A stretch of DNA of 64,000 bases from an uncultured delta proteobacterium (GTDB lineage Bacteria; Desulfobacterota; Syntrophobacteria; Syntrophobacterales; Syntrophobacteraceae), in contig CAWEHK010000025.1 of NCBI GenBank assembly GCA_963808625.1, positions 1-64,000 on the forward strand. The letters are read 5' to 3'. Below the pieces are notes generated by a model. That model was given only the letters and a program-made list of their open reading frames with translations, made no database searches and was not told where the DNA came from. This document shows positions 9,594 through 21,827 of the stretch, one piece after another. Both the position numbers and the translations under genes were made by a program. Each line of letters begins with the position of its first letter. The first letter of the stretch is position 1.

Positions 9594-10091
9594 ATGAAGA
9601 TCTTGTTAACGCTTGCAGTATTGGTGCTTGCAGGTTTTATGGCCGCTTCCGGGGGCATCGCAGCGGGGTCGGGGACAGGCAAGAATGCAGCTTATTCGGT
9701 TGAGAGCGGGCAGGACGCCGTGGGAACGAGTGGAACCGTCGGGAGAGAAGCGGGGTATCTGGTGAGCAATCAGGAAGGTTCCGACAAAGAGAGCGCCGGC
9801 AGTCGGTTCGAGGTGACCGTCGGTCAGCAGTTCAGCATCACCCTGGCTTCGAATGTAACCACCGGGTATCATTGGGAGTTGGCGGAACCGCTGGATGAAG
9901 CGATGGTGCAATTGGTGGGGAGCGAATACCAGGCGCCCGAAACCCGGCGGGTTGGAGCCGGCGGTCAGGAGGTCTGGACCTTTCGGGCGGTGGGTCCGGG
10001 CCAGACCTCCATCAACCTCAAGTATGTGCGGCCCTGGGAAAAGGATGTGGCGCCCGTCAGAACGGCGACCTACGTGGTCATCATCCAGTGA
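9594..10091 (+). CDS. Chagasin-family (I42) protease inhibitor
   Basis: Signal peptide; SNVTTGYHW, VGAGG, YVRPWE motifs. Confidence 0.9.
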   Translation: MKILLTLAVLVLAGFMAASGGIAAGSGTGKNAAYSVESGQDAVGTSGTVGREAGYLVSNQEGSDKESAGSRFEVTVGQQFSITLASNVTTGYHWELAEPLDEAMVQLVGSEYQAPETRRVGAGGQEVWTFRAVGPGQTSINLKYVRPWEKDVAPVRTATYVVIIQ

Positions 10092-10182
10092 CCGGGATCA
10101 CTCTTCACCAGCCCCCGCTCACAAGACTACTATTCACCAGCCACTATTCGCTAACCACTATTCACTGACCACTGACCACTGA

Positions 10183-11239
10183 TCACTTCTTCAGCCATCG
10201 GGCCAATTCTTCGCTCTCGCCGGGAAGCAGCGGATAAGCGCAGTCATTTCCGAGGTAATCTTTCAACAGCAACCTGCCGTCCTCGATGTCCTTCCACGGA
10301 ATCCGGAACCAGCGGCACTTTTCCGCGTCCTCCCGGAAGATCGACAACAAAATGGGGCATGGCCAAACCGGAAATGCGGTTGCGCAGGGACTTGAGGATA
10401 CTCAGACCGGTGCTCAACGGGGTTCGGAAATGGGCGGCGCCCTGGATCAGGTCCATCTGCATCAGGTAATAGGGGCGTACCCTCACGGCGAGGAGCTTCT
10501 GGAACAGGGCGGCAAGGACCTCGGCCCGATCGTTTATGCCGCGAAGCAGGACCGTCTGGCTGCCGAGGGGAATGCCCGCATCCGCCAGCATGGTGCATGC
10601 CCGGCTCGATTCCCGGGTGATTTCCAGGGGATGGTTGAAATGAACGTTCATAAAGACCGGATGGTGCCGAGCGAGGATATCGACCAGTTCCGGGGTGATT
10701 TTTTCCGGGAGGGCGCAGGGAACGCGGGTGCCGATGCGGATGATCTCCACATGGGGGATTTTTCTGAGGTTCATCAGGATGGCTTCGAGCCCGGGCAGAG
10801 GCAGCAGGAGCGGGTCACCGCCGGAGAGGAGCACATCTCGGACCTCAGGGTGTGAGTCGATGTAGTCCAAGGCTCCATGAAAATATTCCTCGGTCAGCGG
10901 CAGGGGTTCTTGCCATCTTCGCTTTCGCGTGCAGAAACGGCAGTGCAGAGCGCACTCCGGGGACACCAGCCAGAGCACCCGGTTGGGGTAGCGATGCACG
11001 AGATTGGGAACGGGTGAGAGGTTTTCCTCGGCCAGAGGATCTTCCCATCCCGTTGCATCTTCCAGTTCCATGGCATCCGGAACCACCTGCCGCCAGATGG
11101 GGTCTCCCGGAGCCTGGATAAGACCGGCATAGTAGCGGCTGACGCGAAAGGGATAGCGTTGCAGCACATCGTCGAGGTCGAGATCAGGAGCAGACCACCG
11201 GCGACGGAAATCGTTTAAGGACGCAATGAATGTTTCCAT
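10183..11239 (-). CDS. KamA-family radical SAM protein (lysine 2,3-aminomutase-like); frameshift near the 3' end
   Basis: HRYPNR, CALHCRFCTR, LSGGDPL, HFNHP, QTVLL, DLPGGRGK. Confidence 0.9.
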
Positions 11240-11567
11240 AGGTAAGGACTGACTGATATCCCATCCTGTCAAAATGAGCGACAGCACAAAAAATTCGTGG
11301 TTCCTGTTGCTGCTCTTCGATAGGGAACGTTTTCCAGCCGGTCACACTCCCGGCAGGCTGGAAAGCCTGCCCCACCTTCGGAGCAATCCACACATTGGAT
11401 CGTTCACAAACTGAATCGTTATTCCAGCTATTTTATACAGTCTCTTTGAGTCCTTGCCATCCTACCACATGCCTTTTTGTTTGTAAGGCTCACCTTGATC
11501 GGCTAGATTGCACCTCCTGGCAAACCGAACCAAGGGAACCATCTGAAGATCAATTCAGGAAGTCACG

Positions 11568-12813
11568 ATGCGCGATTGGCTAAAGGTCTACGGCAACCGG
11601 CGAGTGCTCAGCCTGCTCGGGCTTGGCTTCTCCTCCGGCCTGCCCCTTGCGCTCATCGGCACCACCCTCCAAGCCTGGATGACCTCCGAAAATGTCGACC
11701 TCCGCGTCATCGGCATCTTCTCCCTGGTGGGGTTGCCTTACACCCTGAAGGTCCTCTGGGCGCCGATCATGGACCGCTTCACTCCTCCCTGGCTGGGACG
11801 GCGCCGGGGCTGGATCATGATCACCCAACTCCTTCTTGCTGCTCTCGATCCTGGCCGTGGGGCTCACCTCGCCCAGCACCATGCCCTGGGTGGTGGCGTC
11901 CTTGGCTCTCGTTATCGCCTTTTGCAGCGCCAGCCAGGATATCGTGGTCGATGCCTATCGGGCCGATGTCCTGCACGAGCAGGAAATGGGAGCGGGCGCC
12001 GCCACCACGGTCGTTGGATATCGCCTTGCCCTCCTCGATCTCCGGGGCAATTGCCCTCATTCTCTCCGATTATATTGCCGTGGCGCATCATTTATCTCGT
12101 CATGGCAGCACTGATGGTGGCCAATATGCTTTTTACCTTCACTGCCCCGGAACCTTCGGAGCGAGTCATCCCTCCCAAGACCTTGAAGGATGCCGTGTGG
12201 GGGCCGTTGACAAGCTACTTTCAACCGTTCGGGGGCGGTCGAGATGCTCATCTTCGTCATGGTCTATAAGCTGAGCGACGCCATTGCCGGGGCGATGACC
12301 ACGCCCTTCCTCCTCGATCTCGGGTTTACCCGCACCGATGTGGGACGGTAAACAAGGCCTTTGGTTTATTGAGCACGATTCTGGGCACCCTGGCGGGAGG
12401 CAGCATCATTGCGAAGATCGGAATCAACCGCTCGTCTGTGGATTTTCGCCTTCCTCCAGGCCCTTCCCCATCTTGCGTTCACGGTGCTGGCCTTGATTGG
12501 CAAAAATTATACCGCCATGGTGGCGGCCATCGGCCTGGAAAATATCTGCGGAGGCATGGGAACAGCCGCTTTCGTGGCTTTCATGATGCGCCTCTGCGAC
12601 AAGCGTTTCACGGCAACTCAATATGCTCTGGTGACCAGTTTCATGGCGGTCACGCGCGTGCTGGCCGGAGTCCCCACCGGGCTTCATGGCCAATTCCATG
12701 GGCTGGCCCATGTTTTTCGCGGTGAGTATGCTGGGCGCCTTGCCGGGGATTTTGCTGCTGCCCCGTTTTGCACCATGGAAGGCGGAAAGGCAGGGAGTAG
12801 GGCGTAGGGAGTA
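11568..12813 (+). CDS. ampG: AmpG-family muropeptide MFS permease (several frameshifts)
   Basis: GFSSGLP, KVLWAPIMD, GRRRGW, SASQDIVVDAY, ATQYAL spread across ORF pieces. Confidence 0.88.
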
Positions 12814-13032
12814 AGGAGTAAGGAGTAAGGAGTAAGGAGTAGGGAGTAGGGAGTAGGGAGTAGGGAGTAAAGGAGCAAGAGAGCATCCAGAGAGGGTGGG
12901 GACCAGCCTTCTTTCACTTCTCGAAATATCCGCTCCCCCCACGTCCCCGTATCTCCCACTCTCCGCATCCCCGTAAACCCCCATCTCCGCGTCTCGCTGT
13001 CCCCGCGTCTCCCCATCTCGCCATCCCCGCGT

Positions 13033-14178
13033 CTAGCTTCTCGTTCCCACAAGGTGGCGATTGCCGAGATGCACCCGCTTCAGGCCGGCTTGCTTGGCCG
13101 CTTCGAGGCAGGCTTCGACCTGCTCGAAGGAGGTGGTGGGGAAATCTCCCATGCAGAATTGAGGAGCGAAGGCCAGCAGCGTATACGGGATTTCCGGGTT
13201 GCAGGCGGCAATGAAGGCGGCGATATGCTTCACCTCGGCCTCGCCGACATAGCCCGGGACGAGCAGCGTGCTGGCAATGAGGAGCGGCGGGTCCGGACGC
13301 TGGGTGGTGTACTTCGCCAGCGCGGCAAAATTCTCGAGCACCTGGCGGTTGTCACATCCGCACAGGGCCTTATGGATTTGAGGATGCCATGCCTTCAGGT
13401 CCACTTTGATGCAGCCACCGGACTCCATGGAGAGGCGCATCATTTGTTTCAGCCAGGCAGGGTGCACACTGCCGTTGGTTTCCCAGCAGATTCTCAGGAT
13501 CTGATCGGGATTTTTCGCCCGCGCCCGCTCCGAAGCGCGAAGGGCATAGGCGATCTGGGGCGTTGGGTCGCCGCCGAAATAACAAATGCAGCTCGTCTTT
13601 GGGTTCACCGCGTCGATGAGGCACGAGATCGGCTGCCATTCCCGGTTGGCGATATCGGCTTTCTTGAAAGACCAGTTCTGGCAGAAGAGACAGTTGAAAT
13701 TACAGGCCTCAAAGAACACCGCCAGGTTGTAATAGCCCGCCTCGGGACCGCGTTCATGAGCGTAGAGGGGATGTCCCGCGCCGGTGCCTCCGGGACATAC
13801 CCAGTCAGCCACGCAATTGGTGGGGAGCGGATCGTAGTAATAGCAGACCGCAGCGTGCGAGCGACCATCGTGCCGCAAGCTCGCCTTCGTCCCCCGCCGG
13901 ATCCCGCAGTAACCGTACTCGTCCGGACCCATCCGGCATTGGTGCATGCAGAGATTGCAGAGCATGCCGCCGGGCGTTGACGGCGGCCGTAAGGGCAGGC
14001 GGAAGGCTTCTCGCGAGTCGGCATGAATGGCTTTCAGATGTTGCCGGCTCTCTTCCCAGCGCACCTGGATGCATTCCGGGCAGACCCCGAGACTGCTCCC
14101 CAGGTCTGCAGCCGTTCTTCCGCAAACGAGGCAGACGAGGCGCGTCTTGCCCCCTTCCTCCCAATTGGTGATCATCAT
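13033..14178 (-). CDS. Radical SAM protein (PFL-activase/AmmeMemoRadiSam-like)
   Basis: CNFNCLFCQN, FGGDP, ETNG, extra N-terminal Cys clusters. Confidence 0.85.
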   Translation of the reverse strand: MMITNWEEGGKTRLVCLVCGRTAADLGSSLGVCPECIQVRWEESRQHLKAIHADSREAFRLPLRPPSTPGGMLCNLCMHQCRMGPDEYGYCGIRRGTKASLRHDGRSHAAVCYYYDPLPTNCVADWVCPGGTGAGHPLYAHERGPEAGYYNLAVFFEACNFNCLFCQNWSFKKADIANREWQPISCLIDAVNPKTSCICYFGGDPTPQIAYALRASERARAKNPDQILRICWETNGSVHPAWLKQMMRLSMESGGCIKVDLKAWHPQIHKALCGCDNRQVLENFAALAKYTTQRPDPPLLIASTLLVPGYVGEAEVKHIAAFIAACNPEIPYTLLAFAPQFCMGDFPTTSFEQVEACLEAAKQAGLKRVHLGNRHLVGTRS

Positions 14179-15190
14179 CTAACAGATCCTGGGGAGCTGC
14201 TCTCCGCGCAGCATATCGACGAGGCGATGACCGCCAATGTGAGTCCGGAGAAACACCCGCCCGGTGTCGCCGGCGACCACTTCCCCGATCCGGCAGGCCC
14301 GTTTCCCAAGAGGATGCCTGCGCATGGCCTCGAGCACCACTTCCGCCGAAGCGGCCGGCACACATGCCAGGACCTTCCCTTCGTTGGCCACATAGAGCGG
14401 GTCAAGACCCAGCAACTCGCAGGCCCCGGCGACATCTTCCCGGACCGGCACGGCTTCCTCGAACAACCTGATGCCGACACCCGATTGCCTGGCAATTTCG
14501 TTCAGGGTCGTTGCCACGCCCCCGCGCGTGGGGTCGCGGAGCACATGAATGTCCGGGCACACTTCCAGCATTTCTGCCACCAGACCATTCAAAGATGCCG
14601 CGTCACTTCGGATTTCATTTTCGAAGGCCAGCCCTTCCCGCTTGCACAGGACCGCCATGCCGTGGTCTCCGATGGTCCCATTGATGAGCACGGCATCTCC
14701 CGGCTGAGCGTACTGGCCGCCAATCTTGAGACCGGGAGGCACCACGCCGATGCCCGCCGTATTGATGAAAATCTTGTCGGCTTTGCCTCGCGGAACCACT
14801 TTTGTGTCTCCCGCCACAATCAAAACCCCTGCTTCGCGTGCGGCTTCCGCCATGGAGGCCACGATCTGCGACAGCAACTCCAGCGACAGCCCCTCTTCCA
14901 GGATAAAGCCGGCGGTGAGGTACAGTGGTTTAGCTCCGAGCATGGAAAGGTCATTGACCGTGCCATGGACCGCCAGGCTGCCGATATTGCCGCCCGGAAA
15001 GAAAATCGGGTCCACGACGTAGGAATCGGTGGTCATGGCAAGCCGCCCGCCGGGCACATGCCACCAGGGCGCTGTCGTTCATCTCTCCGAGGTATTCATT
15101 GCGCAGAAACTTGATGAAAAGCTCTTCCACGAGCTCATGGGTCGCTCTCCCGCCGCTTCCCTGGTCAAGCTGTATGGTTCCGGAATTCAT
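14179..15190 (-). CDS. hypE: Hydrogenase maturation protein HypE (frameshift near 15060)
   Basis: GSGG, TTDSYVVDPIFFPGG, GDTKVV, RDPTRGG, C-terminal PRIC. Confidence 0.95.
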
Positions 15191-15421
15191 TACGATCTGC
15201 CTTTAAGCTGGTGATTAGTAGTGATTGAGTGACTGAGTAATGAGTACTAAGTACTGGGTGCTGAGTGTTAGGTACTGAGTAATAGTTATTAGTTATCGGC
15301 TACTGAGTTATTGGTTATTGGTTATCGGTTATTACGTGGCTTAGCTCGCACCTGGTGCGTTACGTGACTCAGTCGTCAGTAACCAACAGCCAAGAGCTAA
15401 GAGCTAACGAGCCTTCTCTCT

Positions 15422-16510
15422 TTACTCATGATAGCGATAATAGGCGCCGCAGGTGCCTTCACTGGACACCATGCACGGGCCCATCGGGTTTGCGGGCGTG
15501 CAGGCCTTGCGAAAAAGGCCGCACTCGGGCGGGGTCATCACGCCCCGGAGGACTTCGCCACAGCGGCACCCGGGGTGTTCCTTAACCTGGATATCCGGCA
15601 TGGAAAAGCGCCTGGTGGCGTCATATTTTTCCCATTCGGGCCGCAGTTTGAGCCCGCTTTGAGGAATTGGTCCCAGGCCGCGCCAGGTCGAATCCGCCGG
15701 TTCGAAGATAGCGCTCATGAGTCTCCGCGCCGCGACATTTCCCTCCCAGCTCACCGCCCGCCGGTATTGGTTGACGACTTCCGCCTTGCCGCTTTCCAGT
15801 TGATCCACGAGGGTGTAGATCCCCTGCAGCAGGTCCAGGGGCTCAAACCCGGTGACCACGCAAGGGATATGGTAGCGGTTGACGACTTCCTCGTAGGCTG
15901 CCGCACCAATGATGGTGCTCACATGCCCCGGGCAAAGGAAACCGTCCAGGCGCAGATCCTCAGCCTCGAGCAGGGCCCTCATCGCCGGAGGAAGGAGCTT
16001 ATGGGCGGAGAACACCGTGAAATTATCCAAGCCTTCCGCCGCGGCCTGCTTGACTGCCGCAGCAACGGTCGGCGCCGTCGTTTCAAAACCGATCCCGAGG
16101 AAGACGACCTGATGGCCGGGGTTGTCCCGGGCAATCTGCAGCGCATCAAAGCTCGCGTAAACAATGCGAACATCCGCCCCTTTACTGCGCTCCGTATTCA
16201 GCGACGAGCTGGAACCGGGCACCCTCACCAAATCACCGAAGGTGGTGATGATTACCTGGGGCTGCTGGGCCAGCCAGATCGCGCGATCGATGTCCTCATT
16301 GGCGGTGACACAGACCGGGCATCCCGGACCGCTGATAAGCTGTATGGATGCGGGGAGAAGCTGCCGCAACCCAAGGCGGAAAATCGCCACGGTATGCGTC
16401 CCGCAGATCTCCATCAGCTTGTAGGTCCGGTTGGTGGCGCCGCGCCGCTGCAGCGCTTCGAGAATGCTCCTGGCGAGTTGCGGGTCCCGATATTCATCAA
16501 GATATTTCAA
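15422..16510 (-). CDS. hypD: Hydrogenase maturation protein HypD
   Basis: MEICGTH, GPGCPVC, GFETT, PGHVS, CMVSSEGTC. Confidence 0.97.
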   Translation of the reverse strand: MKYLDEYRDPQLARSILEALQRRGATNRTYKLMEICGTHTVAIFRLGLRQLLPASIQLISGPGCPVCVTANEDIDRAIWLAQQPQVIITTFGDLVRVPGSSSSLNTERSKGADVRIVYASFDALQIARDNPGHQVVFLGIGFETTAPTVAAAVKQAAAEGLDNFTVFSAHKLLPPAMRALLEAEDLRLDGFLCPGHVSTIIGAAAYEEVVNRYHIPCVVTGFEPLDLLQGIYTLVDQLESGKAEVVNQYRRAVSWEGNVAARRLMSAIFEPADSTWRGLGPIPQSGLKLRPEWEKYDATRRFSMPDIQVKEHPGCRCGEVLRGVMTPPECGLFRKACTPANPMGPCMVSSEGTCGAYYRYHE

Positions 16511-16595
16511 TGCTCATGCTCCCTAGAAATTGAACACTATTCATGCAATGGCCGTCGCCAAACGACAAAGGGCACACACTGGCAAGGTTAACGTG

Positions 16596-19013
16596 TTATT
16601 CTGACTCCTGACTCCTGTCTCCTGTCTCCTGTCTTCTGTCTCCTGACCTCTCCTCACCACTCTTTGCCCCTTTCATCAGCCAATGGGCGGCGACGTATGC
16701 CTGACCAAGGGCAATGCAGGCGTCATTGGCCGGCACTTCAACGTGGCTGTAGACTTCGAAGCCCCGCTCGTTGAGCGCGCTCACCACGTGCTCAAAAAGA
16801 TAGGCGTTCTGGAAAACGCCCCCGCTCAGAGCGATGCGCTTCAATCCCGTGTCGTCGCTCACCCGGAGGGCGGCGTCGGCAAGCAGGGAAACCACGCCGT
16901 TGTGAAAGCGTGCCGAGATGATTCCGGGCGGGTGCCCACTTCGCACATCCTTGACGACCTGCGCGATCATTGGGAGGGGATCGAGCAGCCACCGCCCCTC
17001 CTTCTTGATTAAAACACCTTCGTACTTGCCGCGGTCATCTGCGATCGCCTGTTCGAGTTCAATGGCCGCCTGCCCTTCATAGTTGATGACGTCGCGCAAA
17101 CCCGCCAGGGAAGAAACCGCATCGAAGAGGCGGCCGCAGGAGGAAGTCAAGGGCGTATTGATGTTTCGGTCCAGCATCTGGAGAACGATCTTGATTTTCT
17201 CCTGCGGGCCACCGGTCCAGGAAATCCTTGTAGGCGCTCCGGACCTGCTCCGGATCAAGGCTCCACAGGTAAGCCAGGGCCATTCTCCAGGGTTCTTTTA
17301 TCGCTTTGGCTCCGCCCGGAAGCGGCACGTTGCGAAAATGCCCCAGACGCTCGAAGCGATCGTCCTCCACCAGGAGGATTTCTCCTCCCCAGATGGTGCC
17401 ATCCGTGCCATAACCCGTGCCGTCCATGGCCAGGCCAAGAACGGGGCCGGCGAGTTTTTGTTCCGCCACAACCGAGGCGATATGGGCATGGTGATGCTGC
17501 ACCGCCAATCGCGGCGACGTGGTCCCGGGAGAGCGCCCACTGGGTGCTCAGATAGTCGGGATGGAGGTCATGGGCGATGCACTCGGGCTTGATCTCGAGG
17601 ATCTTCTCGAGGTGGGCGATGGCATGGTCAAAGGAATGAAGGGTCTCGAGGTTCTCCAGATCGCCGATATGCTGACTCAGGAAGGCTTCTTTCCCCCGGG
17701 TAAGGCAGACCGTGTTTTTCAGCTCCGCGCCGACCCCCAGCACCGATGGTATGGCCTCTCCCATAAAGACCGGAACCGGGACGTAGCCCCGAGCGCGCCG
17801 CAGCGGCCGGGATTCCCCATGAAGGACGCGGGTCACGGAATCATCGCAGCGCATATAGATGTCGCGGTTATGCAGCAAAAAGCAGTCGGCAATGTCCTTC
17901 AGTCTTTCCCTGGCTTCTTCGTTGGACATGACGATGGGTTCATCGCTCTGATTGCCGCTCGTCATCACCAGGGCCTGGTAGGAGCTCCCATCGAACAGCA
18001 GGAAATGCAGCGGCGTGTAGGGCAGGAAGGCGCCGAGAAAGCGGTTGCGCGGCGCCACGCTCGGGGCGATGGTTTTTCCCTCGAGCACCCGCTTCCGCTT
18101 CAGAAGCACAATGGGCCGCTTCGGGCTTTGCAGCAGCTCCGCCTCCGATGCGCTCACTTCGCAGGTGCGCTTGACGGTCTCGAGATCGGAAAACATCACG
18201 GCGAAGGGCTTGTCTTCCCGGATCTTGCGGCCCCGGAGGCGGCTCACGGCGCCTTCGTCGGTGGCGAGCACGGCGAGATGAAAGCCGCCCAACCCCTTGA
18301 TGGCGAGAATCGCCCCGTCCTGCAGGCGGGAGATGGCCGCCACCACCGCCCCGTCGCGCTCGGCAAGCCTTTCGCCCTCGGGCGACTCGAGCCACACCTC
18401 CGGCCCGCATTCCCAGCAGGCATTGGGCTGCGCATGAAAGCGCCGGTCCCTCGGGTTGTCGTATTCAGCCTGGCACGCGGGACACATGACGAAGCGAGCC
18501 ATGGTGGTCTTGTCGCGGTCGTAGGGGATGTCCTTGATGATGGTGTAGCGCGGCCCGCAGTTGGTGCAGTTGATAAAGGGATAGCGGAAGCGGCGATCCC
18601 GGGGATCGCCAAGCTCATGAAGACAATCGGAACAGGTGCAGACATCGGGAGCGATCAGCGTCGTGCGCGCGTGCTCCCCTCGGCTCGTGACGATATGGAA
18701 ACCGTCGAGAGGACGGAAGGACCTGTTCCGAAACCTCGACCTCTACGACCCGGGCAAGCGGCGGCGCTTTGGCGGTGATCTCCCGAACGAACGCTTCGAT
18801 TTCCTCCGTCGGCCCCGCCACCTCAACTTCGACGCCATCCGATTGGTTCCGGACCCAGCCGTCGAGCCGGTGTTGATGGGCCAACTGGAAGATGAAAGGT
18901 CGAAAACCAACGCCCTGGACAATGCCTCGGACGCGTACGAGGACACGGCGAGAAGCCGCGTTCGCATCCGCCTCCAGGCTGATACTCTGCTCCGCAGTCA
19001 ATCCGGTGCTCAC
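16596..19013 (-). CDS. hypF: Carbamoyltransferase HypF (several frameshifts)
   Basis: GIVQGVGFRP, HAQPNAC, KGLGGFH, QHHHAH, DGTGYG, TSSCGRLFD. Confidence 0.95.
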
Positions 19014-19033
19014 CGCTACAGCCGTAGTGTCGA

Positions 19034-19711
19034 TTAGCTTTTCCAGGTTTGCTTCTTCTCTCTAACCTTCTCTTCCAACCAGGAGAACCAGGCGGGTAAG
19101 CCCTCCCCCGTGCGGCACGAAATCTCGAAAATCTGCTGTTTGGCATTGAGCTGGCGCGCCTGTTCACGGATTCTTGCCACATCACAGTCGATGTAGGGCA
19201 GCAGATCGACCTTATTGATCAAAAGGACGGAGGTGAGCTGAAACATCAGGGGATACTTCGATGGTTTGTCGTCACCCTCGGTTACGCTCAGGATCATGAC
19301 CTTCTCATCCTCTCCCAGATTGAATTCAGCGGGGCAAACCAGATTGCCGACATTTTCGATGATCAGCAGATCCAGGTCGTTCAGGTTCAAGGATTCAAGG
19401 GCAATCTGGATCATGTTCCCATCCAGGTGGCACCCGCCGTCCGTATTGATCTGGACTGCCTGGACCCCTTTGCGCTGGATGCGCTCGGCATCAAAGGAAC
19501 ATTGCAGATCTCCCTCGATTACCGCCATTTTGATGCGATCGGCCAGACCATCAACGGTCTTTTCCAGGAGCGAGGTCTTGCCGGCCCCGGGAGAGCTCAT
19601 CAGGTTGAACACAAAGATACCCGCATCATCAAAACGCTTGCGATTCGCTGCCGCCAGCCGCTCATTGGCCTGCAGGATATTCCGCACCACCGGAACCTTA
19701 ATCTCCGCCAT
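19034..19711 (-). CDS. hypB: Hydrogenase nickel incorporation GTPase HypB
   Basis: SSPGAGKT, CHLD, ENVGNLVCP, NKVD. Confidence 0.97.
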   Translation of the reverse strand: MAEIKVPVVRNILQANERLAAANRKRFDDAGIFVFNLMSSPGAGKTSLLEKTVDGLADRIKMAVIEGDLQCSFDAERIQRKGVQAVQINTDGGCHLDGNMIQIALESLNLNDLDLLIIENVGNLVCPAEFNLGEDEKVMILSVTEGDDKPSKYPLMFQLTSVLLINKVDLLPYIDCDVARIREQARQLNAKQQIFEISCRTGEGLPAWFSWLEEKVREKKQTWKS

Positions 19712-20063
19712 CATCATCCCTCGTTTCACCATCAAGATTCACCAGCGAAAGCTCTCTTCCGCTAACCAGCTCCAAAGTCGGCTCCCCGCAGCGTGGGCAT
19801 AGAAACACGTTGTCTTTCACTTCGAAACGCTCACCACATGCAGAACACCGGGCTACGATCGGAAGGGTCTCGATTTCCAGAACAGCTTCTGAAGCAATGG
19901 TATTTGCTCGCACCATCTCAAAAGAAAACGTCAAAGCTTCGGGAATAACATTCGCCAGGGCCCCGATCTGAAGCCTGATGACGTTTACCTTTTCGAGATT
20001 ATGCCGGCGCCCTTCGTCCAGCACGATCTGCAGGAGGCTCTCCGCTATCGCCAATTCGTGCAT
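19698..20063 (-). CDS. hypA: Hydrogenase nickel metallochaperone HypA
   Basis: MHELAI and two CxxC motifs. Confidence 0.96.
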   Translation of the reverse strand: MHELAIAESLLQIVLDEGRRHNLEKVNVIRLQIGALANVIPEALTFSFEMVRANTIASEAVLEIETLPIVARCSACGERFEVKDNVFLCPRCGEPTLELVSGRELSLVNLDGETRDDDGGD

Positions 20064-20620
20064 GCAAAATCCTCACTCAGTAGTATTCAAAACCTTGTAT
20101 CTATAACATTTGAGACGGGAGCTGGCAATTAACATGCGGTTTTAAAAGGGTCAAGAAGGGCGGGGAAGTGGTCAGTGGTCAGTGATGAGTGATGAGTGAT
20201 GAGTGGATGAGGGTGATGCGTGAAGGGTGAGGGGTGAAGGGTGAGGGGTGAGGGGTGAAGAGTGGAGAGTGGAGAAGAGGGCCATAGTTTTGCTTGTTTG
20301 AAAACGACTTTCGACTTAAATAACGAAACAGGCCTTTCGAGGTCCTGAGTACCGGTCCGCTGAGATGGGTGTCCGGATTCCGATCGTCATACCGGCGAAA
20401 GCCGTATCCAGGGAGTTTTTCTGGATTCCCGCCAAAAGCATGCGGGTATGACAACCGGGGATGATGGTCAGCTTGTTCTCTGGTGCTATACTGAGGGGGC
20501 TGGAGCAGACGCCCCCTCGATGCTCGGCAATGGCACTCCACGCTATGCGGCGGCCTCGCTGTTTCCGTGCCAGGGTCCCGACAGTGAGGGAGGGGCACAA
20601 ACGGGAGCTGAGCGATCGCC

Positions 20621-21706
20621 ATGATATTGCAGCGAAATAAAAGGATCAGTCGGGTGGAAGCGACGGAACAGACGATTTCAAAAATCGCCTCATCGCCATC
20701 AGCTTGTCCCTGTTGGTGGGTACGGCGCTGATGCTGCTTAAATTCTATGTTTACTGGCTGACCGGGTCTTCGGCGATTCTATCCGATGCCCTGGAATCAA
20801 TCATCAACGTCGTGGCCAGCTCCTTTGCCCTTGGCAGCGTGATTCTCTCAGCCAAGCCGCCCGACTCGACGCACCCTTACGGACACGAGAAAATTGAGTA
20901 TTTTTCTGCCGGTTTCGAGGGAGCGCTCATCATCTTGGCCGCGCTCGGCATTGCCTGGACGGCCTGGCCGCAAATTTTGCGCCCCCATGAACTGCCCAAT
21001 CTTGGAAGCGGCCTGCTGATTCTGCTTGGTGCCAGTGCTGTGAATTTGGCTTTGGGCATTGGGCTCATTCGCGTCGGCAAGCGCACCAACTTCTCTGGTG
21101 TTGGTGGCTGATGGCCAGCACGTAATGACCGATGTCTACACTTCTGCGGGTGTGGTGCTCGGGCTGGTTCTGGTTCGGCAGACGGGGTGGTACTGGCTGG
21201 ATGGCGCCATCGCCTGCCTCGTGGCGGTCAATATCCTCGTTATCGGTACGAAACTGGTGCTCCAGTCCTTCGCGGGCCTGATGCACGCATCCGATCCGGC
21301 GCTGCTCGAAGAGATCTCGGAGCTTATTGTCAAACACCGGCGGCCGACCTGGATTGAAATCCACCGGCTTCGGGCCTGGCGCGCAGGGAATCGCATCCAT
21401 GCAGACTTTCATTTGATCCTGCCGCGCGATCTGACCCTCGACGTTGCGCATAATGAAGCGGCGCTCCTGCAGGCTAACCTTCAGACCCATCTCGGAGGAA
21501 TGATTGATGCCCTCATCCACGTGGAACCCTGCATCGAACCGGAATGTCCCATCTGCGGATATGACCCCTGCAAATTGCGGCAAGCCCCGATGCGCCATCA
21601 AAACCTGTGGCATCGCGACATGCTGACCTCCCAGGTGGACGAGGAAGAGCGCGAGGTGGCCGCGGAAAACTTAAATGACTCACAGGACCCCGAGCAGGCG
21701 AAATGA
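20621..21706 (+). CDS. Cation diffusion facilitator family transporter (frameshifted)
   Basis: SDALES, HPYGHEKIEY, HVMTD, IHVEPC. Confidence 0.9.
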
Positions 21707-21827
21707 GTCCCGACAGCCCGTCACTCATTCTACTGACCACTGGTCACTTTTCACTGACCACTTTTCTCTCTTCACCCTTCACTTTTCACTTTTCACTCAC
21801 TGACCACTATTTCCCAGGAGGCAAGCA

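Noticed and set aside
12424..13052. ORFs with repetitive peptides (LLPTPYS, GDxETRR)
   Set aside because: Translations of the 7- and 8-nt tandem arrays, not real genes
14023..18778. Long plus-strand ORFs (363, 387 and 419 aa) opposite the hyp genes
   Set aside because: Antisense shadows of high-GC coding sequence; no recognisable motifs
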